Shown: piece by piece, positions 54,799 through 63,817 of the stretch
Position numbering within the stretch: position 1 is the first letter of the stretch
Layout: every line of letters starts with the position of its first letter
Origin: a virus
Taxonomy: Duplodnaviria; Heunggongvirae; Uroviricota; Caudoviricetes
Direction: 5' to 3' (one strand)
Length of the DNA: 64,000 nucleotides
Virus record (IMG/VR): IMGVR_UViG_3300028887_000082
The notes under the pieces: generated by a model
Told to the model about the DNA's origin: nothing
The model's input: the letters and a program-made list of their open reading frames with translations, nothing else
Database searches by the model: none
Made by a program: the position numbers and the translations under genes

Positions 54799-55212
54799 AT
54801 GAAAAAGAAAAGATTATGGAAGGTCATCAAGACCGGACTCACATACAGCAAGGCATTGAGTATTTTCAAGGCCCAGGCAATTGAGGGAAAGCAGTATGAA
54901 GACCTTGCTATCCAGGTTGGTGACAAGTTCTTTTCACGCAATTCCAATCCGGAACTGGAACAGTACTTCCCATCGGAATTACTCAATGACACATGGGAGG
55001 TGTTGGTACCCGACACTGATGAGGAGGCAAAGTGTGACAAGATCCGTCAGGCAGTCAAGGACTCAAACTGTTCAGGACTCAACTATGCACAGATAGACAA
55101 TATGACTATCCCTGAACTGTTTGAAAGAATTATGTCTGGTCTGAATAATGATCAGATGTATAAAGTTCTCAAAGCATTCTATAATGAAGAGATATACAAA
55201 ACAAAAAATTAA
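54799..55212 (+). CDS. hypothetical protein (137 aa; internal ATG of ORF 54742..55212)
   Basis: + strand ORF starting MKKKRLWKVIK. Confidence 0.45.
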   Translation: MKKKRLWKVIKTGLTYSKALSIFKAQAIEGKQYEDLAIQVGDKFFSRNSNPELEQYFPSELLNDTWEVLVPDTDEEAKCDKIRQAVKDSNCSGLNYAQIDNMTIPELFERIMSGLNNDQMYKVLKAFYNEEIYKTKN

Positions 55213-55467
55213 CAAATTCAAAAAGTTATGATTTACACTATTGTAATTGGCCTGTTGGTATTGGCCGTAGCACTTTACTACATTTTCTGTTTTCTGGAAA
55301 TCTTCGGTGTGATAGATTTCACCGGTGAGAAGACCACAGTTAAGGTTCCCCAGATGTTCATCCCCTTCTATTACCTCATCCATGAGGATAAGGATTCCAA
55401 AGAGAAGGAAAACAAATCAAAAGACAAATCAAAAAAGTAATTAACAATCAATTTAACAAAAAGTATT

Positions 55468-56685
55468 ATGATTAAACTTACAAAAGGTAAAGTTACCGCT
55501 ATCATTTGCGGTGTGTTCACAATCATCGTTCTCTGTCTGTTGGGCAGTATAGGTGAGGATGTAAAGAACAAGACAATCGTTGTTAACCAGTATCCCATTT
55601 CAGGTCGTATGGCCTATTGGACTGAACCTGGTTTCAAGTGGCAGTTGTTCGGTAAGACAACTACTTATTACAAGACCGAGCAGTTGTGGTTCGGTGGTAA
55701 GGACATCAATGACAACCCCATTGGATCTCCCATCCCGGTGAAGTTCTATGACGGTTCTGATGGTATGATTTATGGTTCTCTCCGTGTTGAGCTTCCTACA
55801 GACACAAAGTATCTGGCAAAGATTCAGAGAGAGTATGACAGTATGGACCGACTCATGAATGACCTGGTTAAGCAGACAGTAAGTAAGGTTATATATGCGA
55901 CAGGTGCTTTGATGACAGGATTTGAGTCTTATGCAGAGAAAAAGAATGACTTCTTGGAGTATGTTCAGGACCAGCTCGCTCATGGTGTATATAAGACAAA
56001 TGTTAGGATAGAAGAGGTTAAGGACCAGGCAGGTAATATAGAGAAACTCAAGATTGCCAGTCTTATACCCGACACAGCATCTGCAAATGGTTACAAGAGA
56101 TCTGAGACTTCACCCTTTATGGATTATGGAATTAAGGTGAACCAGGTATCTATTTCAACAATTGACTATTCACAGAAGGTTAAGGACCAGATTGCACAGC
56201 AGCAGGAGTCAAATATGTTGGCACAGACTGCAAAGGCCAAGGCTGCAGCCGCAGCACAGGAGGCAATCCGTGCAGAGGAGGAAGGTAAGGCAAAGGCTGC
56301 TCAGGCAAAGTGGGCACAGGAGACCATCAAGGCTACAGAGGTGACAAAGGCAGAGCAGGAGTATGAGGTTGCCGTCACCCAGGCAAAGCAGCAGAGGGAG
56401 ACCGCCAAGCTTGCAGCAGAGAAGGCAGAGTTTGATAAGAAGAGAATTATCGCCCAGGGTGAGGCTGAGGCCGCAGCTAACAGAGCAAAGGTCAATGCTG
56501 GTCTGACTCCTCAGGAGAGGGCAGAGTGGGACTTCAAGACCAAGGTTGGTGTCGCAGAGGCAATCTCCAAGGTTAATCTTCCTACAATCGTAATGACCGG
56601 TTCAGGTTCAAATGGTAGCTCATCAGCACTGGATGCAATGGGTCTGAAGATGCTGACCGATCTGGCAGACAAAATGTCCAAGTAA
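55468..56685 (+). CDS. SPFH/band-7-like membrane protein with Ala/Glu-rich coiled-coil tail
   Basis: N-terminal TM anchor (VTAIICGVFTIIVLCLLG); long A/E/K/Q-rich helical C-terminus (AKAKAAAAAQEAIRAEEEGKAKAAQAK...) as in HflK/C and QmcA relatives; the SPFH core itself is weak. Confidence 0.4.
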   Translation: MIKLTKGKVTAIICGVFTIIVLCLLGSIGEDVKNKTIVVNQYPISGRMAYWTEPGFKWQLFGKTTTYYKTEQLWFGGKDINDNPIGSPIPVKFYDGSDGMIYGSLRVELPTDTKYLAKIQREYDSMDRLMNDLVKQTVSKVIYATGALMTGFESYAEKKNDFLEYVQDQLAHGVYKTNVRIEEVKDQAGNIEKLKIASLIPDTASANGYKRSETSPFMDYGIKVNQVSISTIDYSQKVKDQIAQQQESNMLAQTAKAKAAAAAQEAIRAEEEGKAKAAQAKWAQETIKATEVTKAEQEYEVAVTQAKQQRETAKLAAEKAEFDKKRIIAQGEAEAAANRAKVNAGLTPQERAEWDFKTKVGVAEAISKVNLPTIVMTGSGSNGSSSALDAMGLKMLTDLADKMSK

Positions 56686-56703
56686 CTATAAGTAAAACTT
56701 GAA

Positions 56704-56735
56704 AAAAGACCATCCGAAAGGGTGGTCTTTTTTTG
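56704..56735 (+). terminator. rho-independent terminator (AGACCATCC-GAAA-GGGTGGTCT-TTTTTTT)
   Basis: 9-bp stem (one G-U) plus T7. Confidence 0.75.
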
Positions 56736-56790
56736 TTATATTTTTTATAAAATGACATAAATATCTATATAGTGTTTATAAGTTTTTCAA

Positions 56791-57063
56791 ATGGCAGACG
56801 ATATTGAAACCATATCTTACATAAACCCTGGTGACGGACAGAATCATCCCATTGATGCTGTTACAGTTGGAGGTAAAACCATACCGGGTGCAACATCTCT
56901 CCTTCCATCAGTGTCTAATTCAGACAATGGAAAGGTGTTGAGAGTTGTCAATGGACAGTGGGTCATTGTTACTCCTGCCATCATCTACACAGGTGATGGT
57001 GAGCCATCCGACAGTGAAGGAAATGATGGAGACATCTACATACAAACAAATATAGAGATCTAA
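56791..57063 (+). CDS. hypothetical protein (90 aa)
   Basis: + strand ORF. Confidence 0.4.
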   Translation: MADDIETISYINPGDGQNHPIDAVTVGGKTIPGATSLLPSVSNSDNGKVLRVVNGQWVIVTPAIIYTGDGEPSDSEGNDGDIYIQTNIEI

Positions 57064-57065
57064 TT

Positions 57066-59036
57066 TTGGCACAGTATATCAAGATAGGAGGTAGATGGAA
57101 ACAAATCAGGTCTGTCTATAAGAAGGTAAACGGTACCTGGATCCCCCAAGAGTATTATAATTTTGATGACAATATCCACTTCTTTAATGCAGCAGAGGTG
57201 GATGTTGATGTTTTCACTATTGTATCAGAAGACTCTTATACCGGTAAACAGTTCTATCTTGTTGCAAAGTTCAATGGTACAAGAGTGTATCCTACCTGGT
57301 CAATCACATCAGGAAATGAATATGCCACAGTCAACAGTAATGGTAAGGTGACCATACTTGCCGGAGCCCACAATAACACTATCACAGTTCATGCTTCACT
57401 CAATGGTCTGGGAAAGTCCAAGACCATCACAGTGTCTTACAGCAACCAGTTGTCAATTGAGGGTGCTGACACAATGTCAGGAACATCGGGTAACCTGATT
57501 GCCCTTTACAACTCAACCATAGTTGTTCCTACCTGGTCAATCACATCAGGAAGTCAGTATGCCGAGATATATCCGACAGGTCAAATCTCCATTATGGATT
57601 CAGGACAGATTACAGTATCTGCCACATATGATGGGTATACTGCAACCAAGGTCATCACTCTTGTCTATGATGAGAACAGTTCAGCATATACAGATGTTGA
57701 TCCCGACACCGGTGCAGTCACAACAACCGAGACTACAACAACAGTTGACCCGGAGACAGGTGCAACAATAGAGACAACAACATCTACAACAACCAACACT
57801 GACGGTTCTACATCAGAGACATCAACAGAGACAACAACAAACACTGATGGTTCTACAACAACCACAGAGACAACTACCAATTCAGATGGTAGCAGCAGTT
57901 CATCAACCACATCAGTGTCTTCAGCAGATTCAGATGGTGCAGTCACAACAGAGACCAGCACCACAACCAATAATGCAGATGGTACATCAACAGAGACCAA
58001 CTCTACAACAGTTGAGAATGAAGACGGATCTTCAACATCAACATCATCCACTGTAAACTATGATGAGAATGGAAATGAGACATCATCATCCTCATCAACA
58101 GTGAATGTTTCATCAGCAGATTCTGACGGTGCGGTTACGACAGAGACCAGCACAACAACAAACAATGCTGACGGTACATCATCAGAAAGTACATCCACAC
58201 TGGTGGAGAATGAGGATGGTTCATCATCATCACAGTCACAAACAGTCAACTATGATGAGAATGGTGACACCACAGGATCTACAACCAATGAGACCAATGT
58301 CAATTCTGACGGTTCATCACAGAGTTCTACAACAAACTATGATGCATCAGGTGACCCGACAGACACAACCAATGTGGGAACAGACACCACAGGTAATGTG
58401 GACACCCAGAACATCGAGTATGATGAGGAGGGTAACCAGACAGTAACAGGTTATGACATCAACACAGAGGCAAGTGAAGGTGAAGGTAAGGAGATTAGTG
58501 GTGATGGAGTCAATACAGAGTTTGTTCCTTTTGATGACCAGGGTTCAGGATTCATCTGCCACATCAGATTCAAGACTGTTCAGTCAGAACAGCCGAGACC
58601 TCCTCTTGTTGAGGACATAGATGACAGTGGTACAAACTATCTTTATAATGTAATGTCTGCCAAGTCACCTACAAAGATTGGTAACTACTATCCTGGCTTT
58701 GACATAAGATGGGCAATCTCCAAGACCAATGCTTCCAGTGGAGTAATCCAGTTCAGGTATGCCCCCGCCAATTCAGGAAACACCCAGACTAACCTCACAC
58801 CATATGGAGATAATGAGTATGACATCACAGTGACTTATGATCCCCATAAGTTATACAACAATTACAAGCTCAGGGTCACATCAGCACTGGGAAGTATCCA
58901 GACCATTCAGGCAGACAAGGAGTTTTCCACACTGAATATGGACTTCACAATAGGTTGCGCCCTTTCATCACAAGGTACACCATACAGACATGCCAATGTG
59001 ACAATATATGAGTTCACGATAACCAAGTTACATTAA
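57066..59036 (+). CDS. large Ig-like (Big_2-type) repeat protein with mucin-like T/S-rich repeats; probable virion fiber/decoration protein
   Basis: Two Big_2-like repeats (...YPTWSITSGNEYATVNSNGKVTILAGAHNNTITVHASLNG... and ...VPTWSITSGSQYAEIYPTGQISIMDSGQITVSATYDG...); ~230-aa T/S/D/G repeats with a duplicated ~45-aa unit; beta-rich C-terminal domain. Confidence 0.6.
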   Translation: MAQYIKIGGRWKQIRSVYKKVNGTWIPQEYYNFDDNIHFFNAAEVDVDVFTIVSEDSYTGKQFYLVAKFNGTRVYPTWSITSGNEYATVNSNGKVTILAGAHNNTITVHASLNGLGKSKTITVSYSNQLSIEGADTMSGTSGNLIALYNSTIVVPTWSITSGSQYAEIYPTGQISIMDSGQITVSATYDGYTATKVITLVYDENSSAYTDVDPDTGAVTTTETTTTVDPETGATIETTTSTTTNTDGSTSETSTETTTNTDGSTTTTETTTNSDGSSSSSTTSVSSADSDGAVTTETSTTTNNADGTSTETNSTTVENEDGSSTSTSSTVNYDENGNETSSSSSTVNVSSADSDGAVTTETSTTTNNADGTSSESTSTLVENEDGSSSSQSQTVNYDENGDTTGSTTNETNVNSDGSSQSSTTNYDASGDPTDTTNVGTDTTGNVDTQNIEYDEEGNQTVTGYDINTEASEGEGKEISGDGVNTEFVPFDDQGSGFICHIRFKTVQSEQPRPPLVEDIDDSGTNYLYNVMSAKSPTKIGNYYPGFDIRWAISKTNASSGVIQFRYAPANSGNTQTNLTPYGDNEYDITVTYDPHKLYNNYKLRVTSALGSIQTIQADKEFSTLNMDFTIGCALSSQGTPYRHANVTIYEFTITKLH

Positions 59037-59057
59037 AACGGTTGCGACAACGAAGCA

Positions 59058-59095
59058 CGAATCACCAATTCCAAAAGGAGTTGGTGATTTTTTTG
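59058..59095 (+). terminator. rho-independent terminator (AATCACCAA-...-TTGGTGATT-TTTTTTG)
   Basis: 9-bp stem plus T7, downstream of the GC-rich post-stop motif. Confidence 0.7.
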
Positions 59096-59111
59096 TTAAA
59101 AAGTACGAAAA

Positions 59112-59145
59112 TATTTGGAGGTATCAAATATTTCTTGTATATTCG
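59112..59145 (+). promoter_or_regulatory. Bacteroidota-type promoter (AATATTTGGAGGT, 20 nt, TATATTCG variant)
   Basis: Upstream of 59176. Confidence 0.4.
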
Positions 59146-59175
59146 TGACAGAAACCAATAAGAAAGAGGGTATAT

Positions 59176-59382
59176 ATGAATACAAAGGAAGAGATAATTG
59201 AGTTCATCAAGAATGTGAAGACAACCTCTGCAAGAAACAGTATGGGTTGTTCTGAGAACTGGTACAATGCATATTTTGCAATCTCTAAAACATTCACAAT
59301 GGAGGAAATTGAGGCGATGAGTGAGAAGGAACTGAATAATCTGGTCAAACTGGCCGACAATATTGCAGAAGGTTTATATTAA
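59176..59382 (+). CDS. hypothetical small protein (68 aa)
   Basis: + strand ORF. Confidence 0.4.
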   Translation: MNTKEEIIEFIKNVKTTSARNSMGCSENWYNAYFAISKTFTMEEIEAMSEKELNNLVKLADNIAEGLY

Positions 59383-59393
59383 AACTGACAATT

Positions 59394-59606
59394 ATGACAA
59401 AGAAATCAATCCTGGTGCGCAAGATGCGCAGGGCATACAACAATAAGCACAACAGAGAGTATTCATTATTCAAGGGTTACCCCAGTGACACATACTTTGG
59501 TTACTACTCCTTTGATGAAATGAAGAAGAGTGTACTCAAAGATTTCAGAGAGTATTATGGAAAGGGATTGAAGAGATACAGATTCAAAAAATTAACACAT
59601 TGCTGA
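59394..59606 (+). CDS. hypothetical small basic protein (70 aa)
   Basis: K/R-rich. Confidence 0.4.
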   Translation: MTKKSILVRKMRRAYNNKHNREYSLFKGYPSDTYFGYYSFDEMKKSVLKDFREYYGKGLKRYRFKKLTHC

Positions 59607-59674
59607 CAATCTGTCATACAAACCCGACGGTACAGCATTTGTATTATATATTGAGGATTTAAAACAACAAAGAT

Positions 59675-60514
59675 ATGGTTATAAATTACACCAACCTTAA
59701 TGAGAACATCAACATCTATTTCAAGGAGATCCGCAACTTCGCATCCCTGACAAGAGAAGATGAGGTAAGACTGTTCTCAAGAATCAAGACAGGTGACAAG
59801 TCAGCACAGGCTGAAATCTTCAACAGGATGGCCAAGCTGGCGGTCAACATTGCCAAGACATACACAGGTGATGCAGACCTTTTGGAAGATCTCATCCAGG
59901 AGGCAAACATTGGTATCCTTACCGCCATTGACAAGTTTGACCTCAATTCCGGTTTCAGATTTTCATCATATGCCCGTTACTGGATGAAGGCCGCCATTTC
60001 CAAGTATCTTGATGAAATGGGTGTGGTACGTCACTGCAATCCCCATCTTGTTGACCTGGCCAACAAAATCCGTGAGAAGTTCTACAAGGAGAACCAAAGG
60101 GATATCACCAGTGTGGAACTGATGGATATGTTGGAGGATGCAGGTGAGGTGGTTGATGACATCAAGTCAATCACCAGCATCACCAATGTGAGGATTGATC
60201 TTCCTTATGATTGTGATGAGTCCGGAAAGCCAAAGGGCGAATATGGAGACTTCGCAGACCGTACTGCCTGTGACAATGGGTTTGTAGAAAAGGAAAGAGC
60301 CGAGGAACTTTCAGAAGACATCAGACGAAGACTCTCAAGACTCACTCCGAGGGAGCAGCAGTTGGTCCTGTTGATGTACGGTTTCGTCACCGGAGAAGAA
60401 ATGGGTTATGACGCTGTTACAGAAAGGTGGAATGAAGGTAAGCCCGAGAAGGAACAGCTCACACAGGAGAGAGTCCGTCAGATCATCAAGGGTGCACTCA
60501 AAAAGATGAAGTAA
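59675..60514 (+). CDS. RNA polymerase sigma-70 family factor
   Basis: Region 2: LIQEANIGILTAIDKFDLNSGFRFSSYARYWMKAAISKYL; region-4-like LTPREQQLVLLMYGF...; 279 aa. Confidence 0.8.
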   Translation: MVINYTNLNENINIYFKEIRNFASLTREDEVRLFSRIKTGDKSAQAEIFNRMAKLAVNIAKTYTGDADLLEDLIQEANIGILTAIDKFDLNSGFRFSSYARYWMKAAISKYLDEMGVVRHCNPHLVDLANKIREKFYKENQRDITSVELMDMLEDAGEVVDDIKSITSITNVRIDLPYDCDESGKPKGEYGDFADRTACDNGFVEKERAEELSEDIRRRLSRLTPREQQLVLLMYGFVTGEEMGYDAVTERWNEGKPEKEQLTQERVRQIIKGALKKMK

Positions 60515-60701
60515 TGACACAGGTTCAGATACAAATGCTTGAGAGTGCAATCCAGACTCATCAGAGTTCCCTTTACAGGGATGCGGAGGCATACAAGCGT
60601 CAGAACAACACTGAAGCAGTCAAGGACTGTCTTGCTGAGATAAAGAAGTTTGAAGACTTGAAAAAGTCACTTAAATCAATCCCTGTAGAAAAGTAATCAC
60701 T

Positions 60702-60980
60702 ATGTTCCCATTTTTTATCATCCCCTGGATACACTGGGCAATCAACAGAGAGGATCTCCCGGAGATAGACTCATCAAAAGAAACATTAAAGACAGCTATA
60801 TATTTTGCCATCATCACCCCCATATGGTTTGGATTGGGCATATGGTTCATTCCGAATATAGTAAGTGCCGGCAACCCGACTTTTGATATCGGACTGATTA
60901 AAATGGTAATATGTATATTGGTATGGTTAGCAGTCTATGCTGCCGCAGGTGTAATAGGAATCAAGAAGATATTCAAATAA
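60702..60980 (+). CDS. small membrane protein (92 aa)
   Basis: Three hydrophobic helices. Confidence 0.4.
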   Translation: MFPFFIIPWIHWAINREDLPEIDSSKETLKTAIYFAIITPIWFGLGIWFIPNIVSAGNPTFDIGLIKMVICILVWLAVYAAAGVIGIKKIFK

Positions 60981-61017
60981 TAAATTGTAAATAACTTTTG
61001 CTCACCTTATAAACGAG

Positions 61018-61341
61018 GTGAGCAAAATAAAACAGATAGGAAATATGGAAATAGAGGACATTACAGATCTCAATCCGGAGGAAGTACAGAATCTGGAGGT
61101 AAAGGAGTCAATTGAGGGGTGTGGTTTTGTTGCAAGAGACAAGTGTGGAGACTTGTATTTCTTCAACACTTTTGAGAAACCCATAAGAGATAAGTTTCTT
61201 GGTATCAAGAGTGGTAGATGGGTTTCAGTGAAAAGATGTCTTGTATTCAGACTGAATCCCAAAAGTTTCAAGAATGTTACCTGGGAGTCAGAGCCATTGA
61301 TGGTGACACTGACAATAAAACCTAATGACTGGACAAAATGA
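61018..61341 (+). CDS. hypothetical protein (107 aa)
   Basis: + strand ORF. Confidence 0.45.
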   Translation: MSKIKQIGNMEIEDITDLNPEEVQNLEVKESIEGCGFVARDKCGDLYFFNTFEKPIRDKFLGIKSGRWVSVKRCLVFRLNPKSFKNVTWESEPLMVTLTIKPNDWTK

Positions 61342-61568
61342 CAGACAAAAAGAAAAAAATTAGGGATATTCTCCTGCCTACACTGGTACTCCAGATGTTC
61401 GCTCATAAGACTTCTGATGAAACATTGGAGGAAATTACAGATTCCTTCAATGATGACATCAAGAAACTTGAAGAACAGATGAAGCAGTCAATCATTGATG
61501 AGAAAATCTCCAATGACAGGTACAACAAGGAACAGATGAAATTCAGAAAAAGGTTTTATAAGAAATGA
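61338..61568 (+). CDS. hypothetical small protein (76 aa)
   Basis: + strand ORF. Confidence 0.4.
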   Translation: MTDKKKKIRDILLPTLVLQMFAHKTSDETLEEITDSFNDDIKKLEEQMKQSIIDEKISNDRYNKEQMKFRKRFYKK

Positions 61569-61900
61569 ACAACTTTACAAGTATAGAGGAAGGTTACACC
61601 CTGTTACACCTGGGTGTCAATAGGATCAGTGCAGATATGTACTATGGTTACAAGAGGGAGAAACCCGTTCCTCTTCCATACAATGATGTGGAGATAACCC
61701 ATTTATGTACACCTTGCTGGACAGTTGGGGCACTGTTGGAAATCCTGCCGTCAGGTAGTTCAATTGTCAAGAAAAGTGAGGGTGCATATTACTGCACATG
61801 TCCACTGAAGAAGGATGAGGTTCCCACAACATATGAGACTCCTGTCAAGGCAGCATATGAAATGGTGGTCTGGTTGTTGAAAAAGAAAAGAAACAAGTAA
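61565..61900 (+). CDS. hypothetical protein (111 aa)
   Basis: + strand ORF. Confidence 0.45.
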   Translation: MNNFTSIEEGYTLLHLGVNRISADMYYGYKREKPVPLPYNDVEITHLCTPCWTVGALLEILPSGSSIVKKSEGAYYCTCPLKKDEVPTTYETPVKAAYEMVVWLLKKKRNK

Positions 61901-62154
61901 TGTCAAGGGAATGGATAGAACATCAGGACAACAGTGGTGAAACCATCTTCAGGGTGGGAGACACTGTTGAGGCAGGTGACATCAGATATGAACTGGGAAC
62001 CTGTTTCAGACCTGGTATATCCATCATTGAAATCAACATCACAAGGAGATCAATCACAACCCACAATGAAGGGTTTGGAAATTTCCAGATGACATACAGT
62101 AAGAATATGTCCGAAGAGGACTTCTATAATGAAATCAAAAAGAGACTGATATGA
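61900..62154 (+). CDS. hypothetical protein (84 aa)
   Basis: + strand ORF. Confidence 0.4.
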   Translation: MSREWIEHQDNSGETIFRVGDTVEAGDIRYELGTCFRPGISIIEINITRRSITTHNEGFGNFQMTYSKNMSEEDFYNEIKKRLI

Positions 62155-62594
62155 AAGAGATAACATACAGTAACAGTATGAATAATGTCTACCTGGCAGA
62201 CAAGGGTGAATACAAGGGAGTCAAGTACTTCATCATTGCTGGTGGTATCCATCCCTGTGCATATGTCATGTGTGACGAGGAGTTTGTCAACAACCACAGG
62301 AATGAGTGGGGAGACCTGGACTGCATCAGTGTGCATGGTGGCGTCACCTGGTTGGAAGATGCCGACCATCTGAAGTGTCACCCTGATGACTGCACAGGTA
62401 TATGCTTCGGTTGGGACTATGGTCATGCCGGTGACTGGGCAGGTTACCATCAGGATGTGGAGAATATGGTCTATGAGAACCACAAATACACTCTGATGGA
62501 AATCCAGTATCACTGTAAGGATGCCATTGACCAGTACCTGAAAGCAATCAGGAAAGAGAGAAGAGGTGACAACTACAACAAAAGTGAAAAGTGA
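62151..62594 (+). CDS. hypothetical Cys/His-rich protein (147 aa)
   Basis: Multiple C/H residues (CAYVMCDEEFVNNH...CHPDDCTGICFGWDYGH), possibly metal-binding. Confidence 0.5.
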   Translation: MKEITYSNSMNNVYLADKGEYKGVKYFIIAGGIHPCAYVMCDEEFVNNHRNEWGDLDCISVHGGVTWLEDADHLKCHPDDCTGICFGWDYGHAGDWAGYHQDVENMVYENHKYTLMEIQYHCKDAIDQYLKAIRKERRGDNYNKSEK

Positions 62595-62660
62595 TATGAA
62601 ACCTTGCGATAACGACCCGCGATAAACCCTTTGTGTTAAAAAGTCTAAAAATATCAGGAA

Positions 62661-62695
62661 ATATTTGGTGGTTCCGAAAATATATTGTATCTTTA
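62661..62695 (+). promoter_or_regulatory. Bacteroidota-type promoter (AATATTTGGTGGT, 20 nt, TATCTTTA variant)
   Basis: Upstream of 62728. Confidence 0.4.
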
Positions 62696-62727
62696 CATCA
62701 GAAACAAGAAACAAAAACATAAAAGAT

Positions 62728-63297
62728 ATGAGTACAACAAACTACAACTTCAAGAGAATGGATGAGGATGAGAAGATCCTTGCTATGGTAGAGTTGCTTG
62801 GCGCAAATTCCCCAGAGACAGCAGTCACAATGGAGCAGATAATCGCCAAGGGTATCGAGACAGGAGCCACTGAAGACTATTTCAGAGAGAACTGGCATGG
62901 TTACAAGGAGGGAGATCATCCCTGGTGGCAGAAGGTCGCCCCTATGATGGGTGTAGGCACAATCGAGGAGGTCAGAGCACATGACTGTCCCCATCTTCAC
63001 CGCCGTCAGGTCAAGGAAATGAAGAATGACCGCAAGACCAATGTCATGAGATACTGGATTGATGAGTCAATGACTCACAAACAGGTCATCAGACAGAAGA
63101 AGGTCAAGACAAAGGTCAATGTTCTTCCTGAGATTCCACCTATGGAGGTAAGGTTCAGAGGTGAGGATGGTGCACAGCAGAAGGCTAAGGAGAATCCAGA
63201 CTGGATTGCCATCAATGGAAGGGTTTACAGCCGCCAGTTCATCCTGGATCACCCAGAGAAATTCAATTCTGTTGAGATTGCTATGGCCAGACAGTAA
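62728..63297 (+). CDS. hypothetical protein (189 aa; internal ATG of ORF 62665..63297)
   Basis: Starts MSTTNYNFKRM downstream of the promoter. Confidence 0.5.
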   Translation: MSTTNYNFKRMDEDEKILAMVELLGANSPETAVTMEQIIAKGIETGATEDYFRENWHGYKEGDHPWWQKVAPMMGVGTIEEVRAHDCPHLHRRQVKEMKNDRKTNVMRYWIDESMTHKQVIRQKKVKTKVNVLPEIPPMEVRFRGEDGAQQKAKENPDWIAINGRVYSRQFILDHPEKFNSVEIAMARQ

Positions 63298-63433
63298 CAC
63301 TTAAATCATCACAATATGAAAAAGGGAAGCAAAACAATCCTGGGAGAGTACACAATATCTGACAATCCCATTGAAGGAAGACGAGTGGCAGTCCATTACA
63401 GTGACGGTTCCACAAAAATAATCTGCAAATAAT

Positions 63434-63464
63434 TTGGAATATCCGAAAAGATCCATTATATTTG
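63434..63464 (+). promoter_or_regulatory. Bacteroidota-type promoter (TTTGG, 20 nt, TATATTTG)
   Basis: AATTTGGAATATCCGAAAAGATCCATTATATTTGTAATG upstream of 63484. Confidence 0.5.
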
Positions 63465-63483
63465 TAATGTAAGGGAATAAGAT

Positions 63484-63699
63484 ATGAAGAAAAGATTCAA
63501 TGTTATCAGACAGGTCCTCGTCACAACAGAGGACATCTGGGAGGCAGAGTCAGAACAGGAGATCCTGGACAGGCTTGAGGATGGAACATCACTTGCCGGG
63601 GAAATATCTCTCTTGGGACTCAAGTCAAGACCGGGAAGGATTGTCAAGTATCAGTTCCCGACTGATCCAAAAGTAAAAGAGTTAAATAAACCGTTGTGA
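63484..63699 (+). CDS. hypothetical small protein (71 aa)
   Basis: + strand ORF with its own promoter. Confidence 0.4.
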   Translation: MKKRFNVIRQVLVTTEDIWEAESEQEILDRLEDGTSLAGEISLLGLKSRPGRIVKYQFPTDPKVKELNKPL

Positions 63700-63817
63700 T
63701 GTTGTTTTAAGTCCTAAAGATTCATACCGCAATCATCAAAAATAAAATATTGATTATTACTTTTAAGAATCTTGTTAATCCGCTTTAAGACAACATCACA
63801 ACATAAAAATCAAAACA

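Noticed and set aside
57700-58400. Repetitive DNA that might suggest a CRISPR array or non-coding tandem repeat
   Set aside because: The repeats are in-frame within a long ORF and encode S/T/D/G-rich protein repeats. There are no regular spacer/repeat units, so it is not a CRISPR array.
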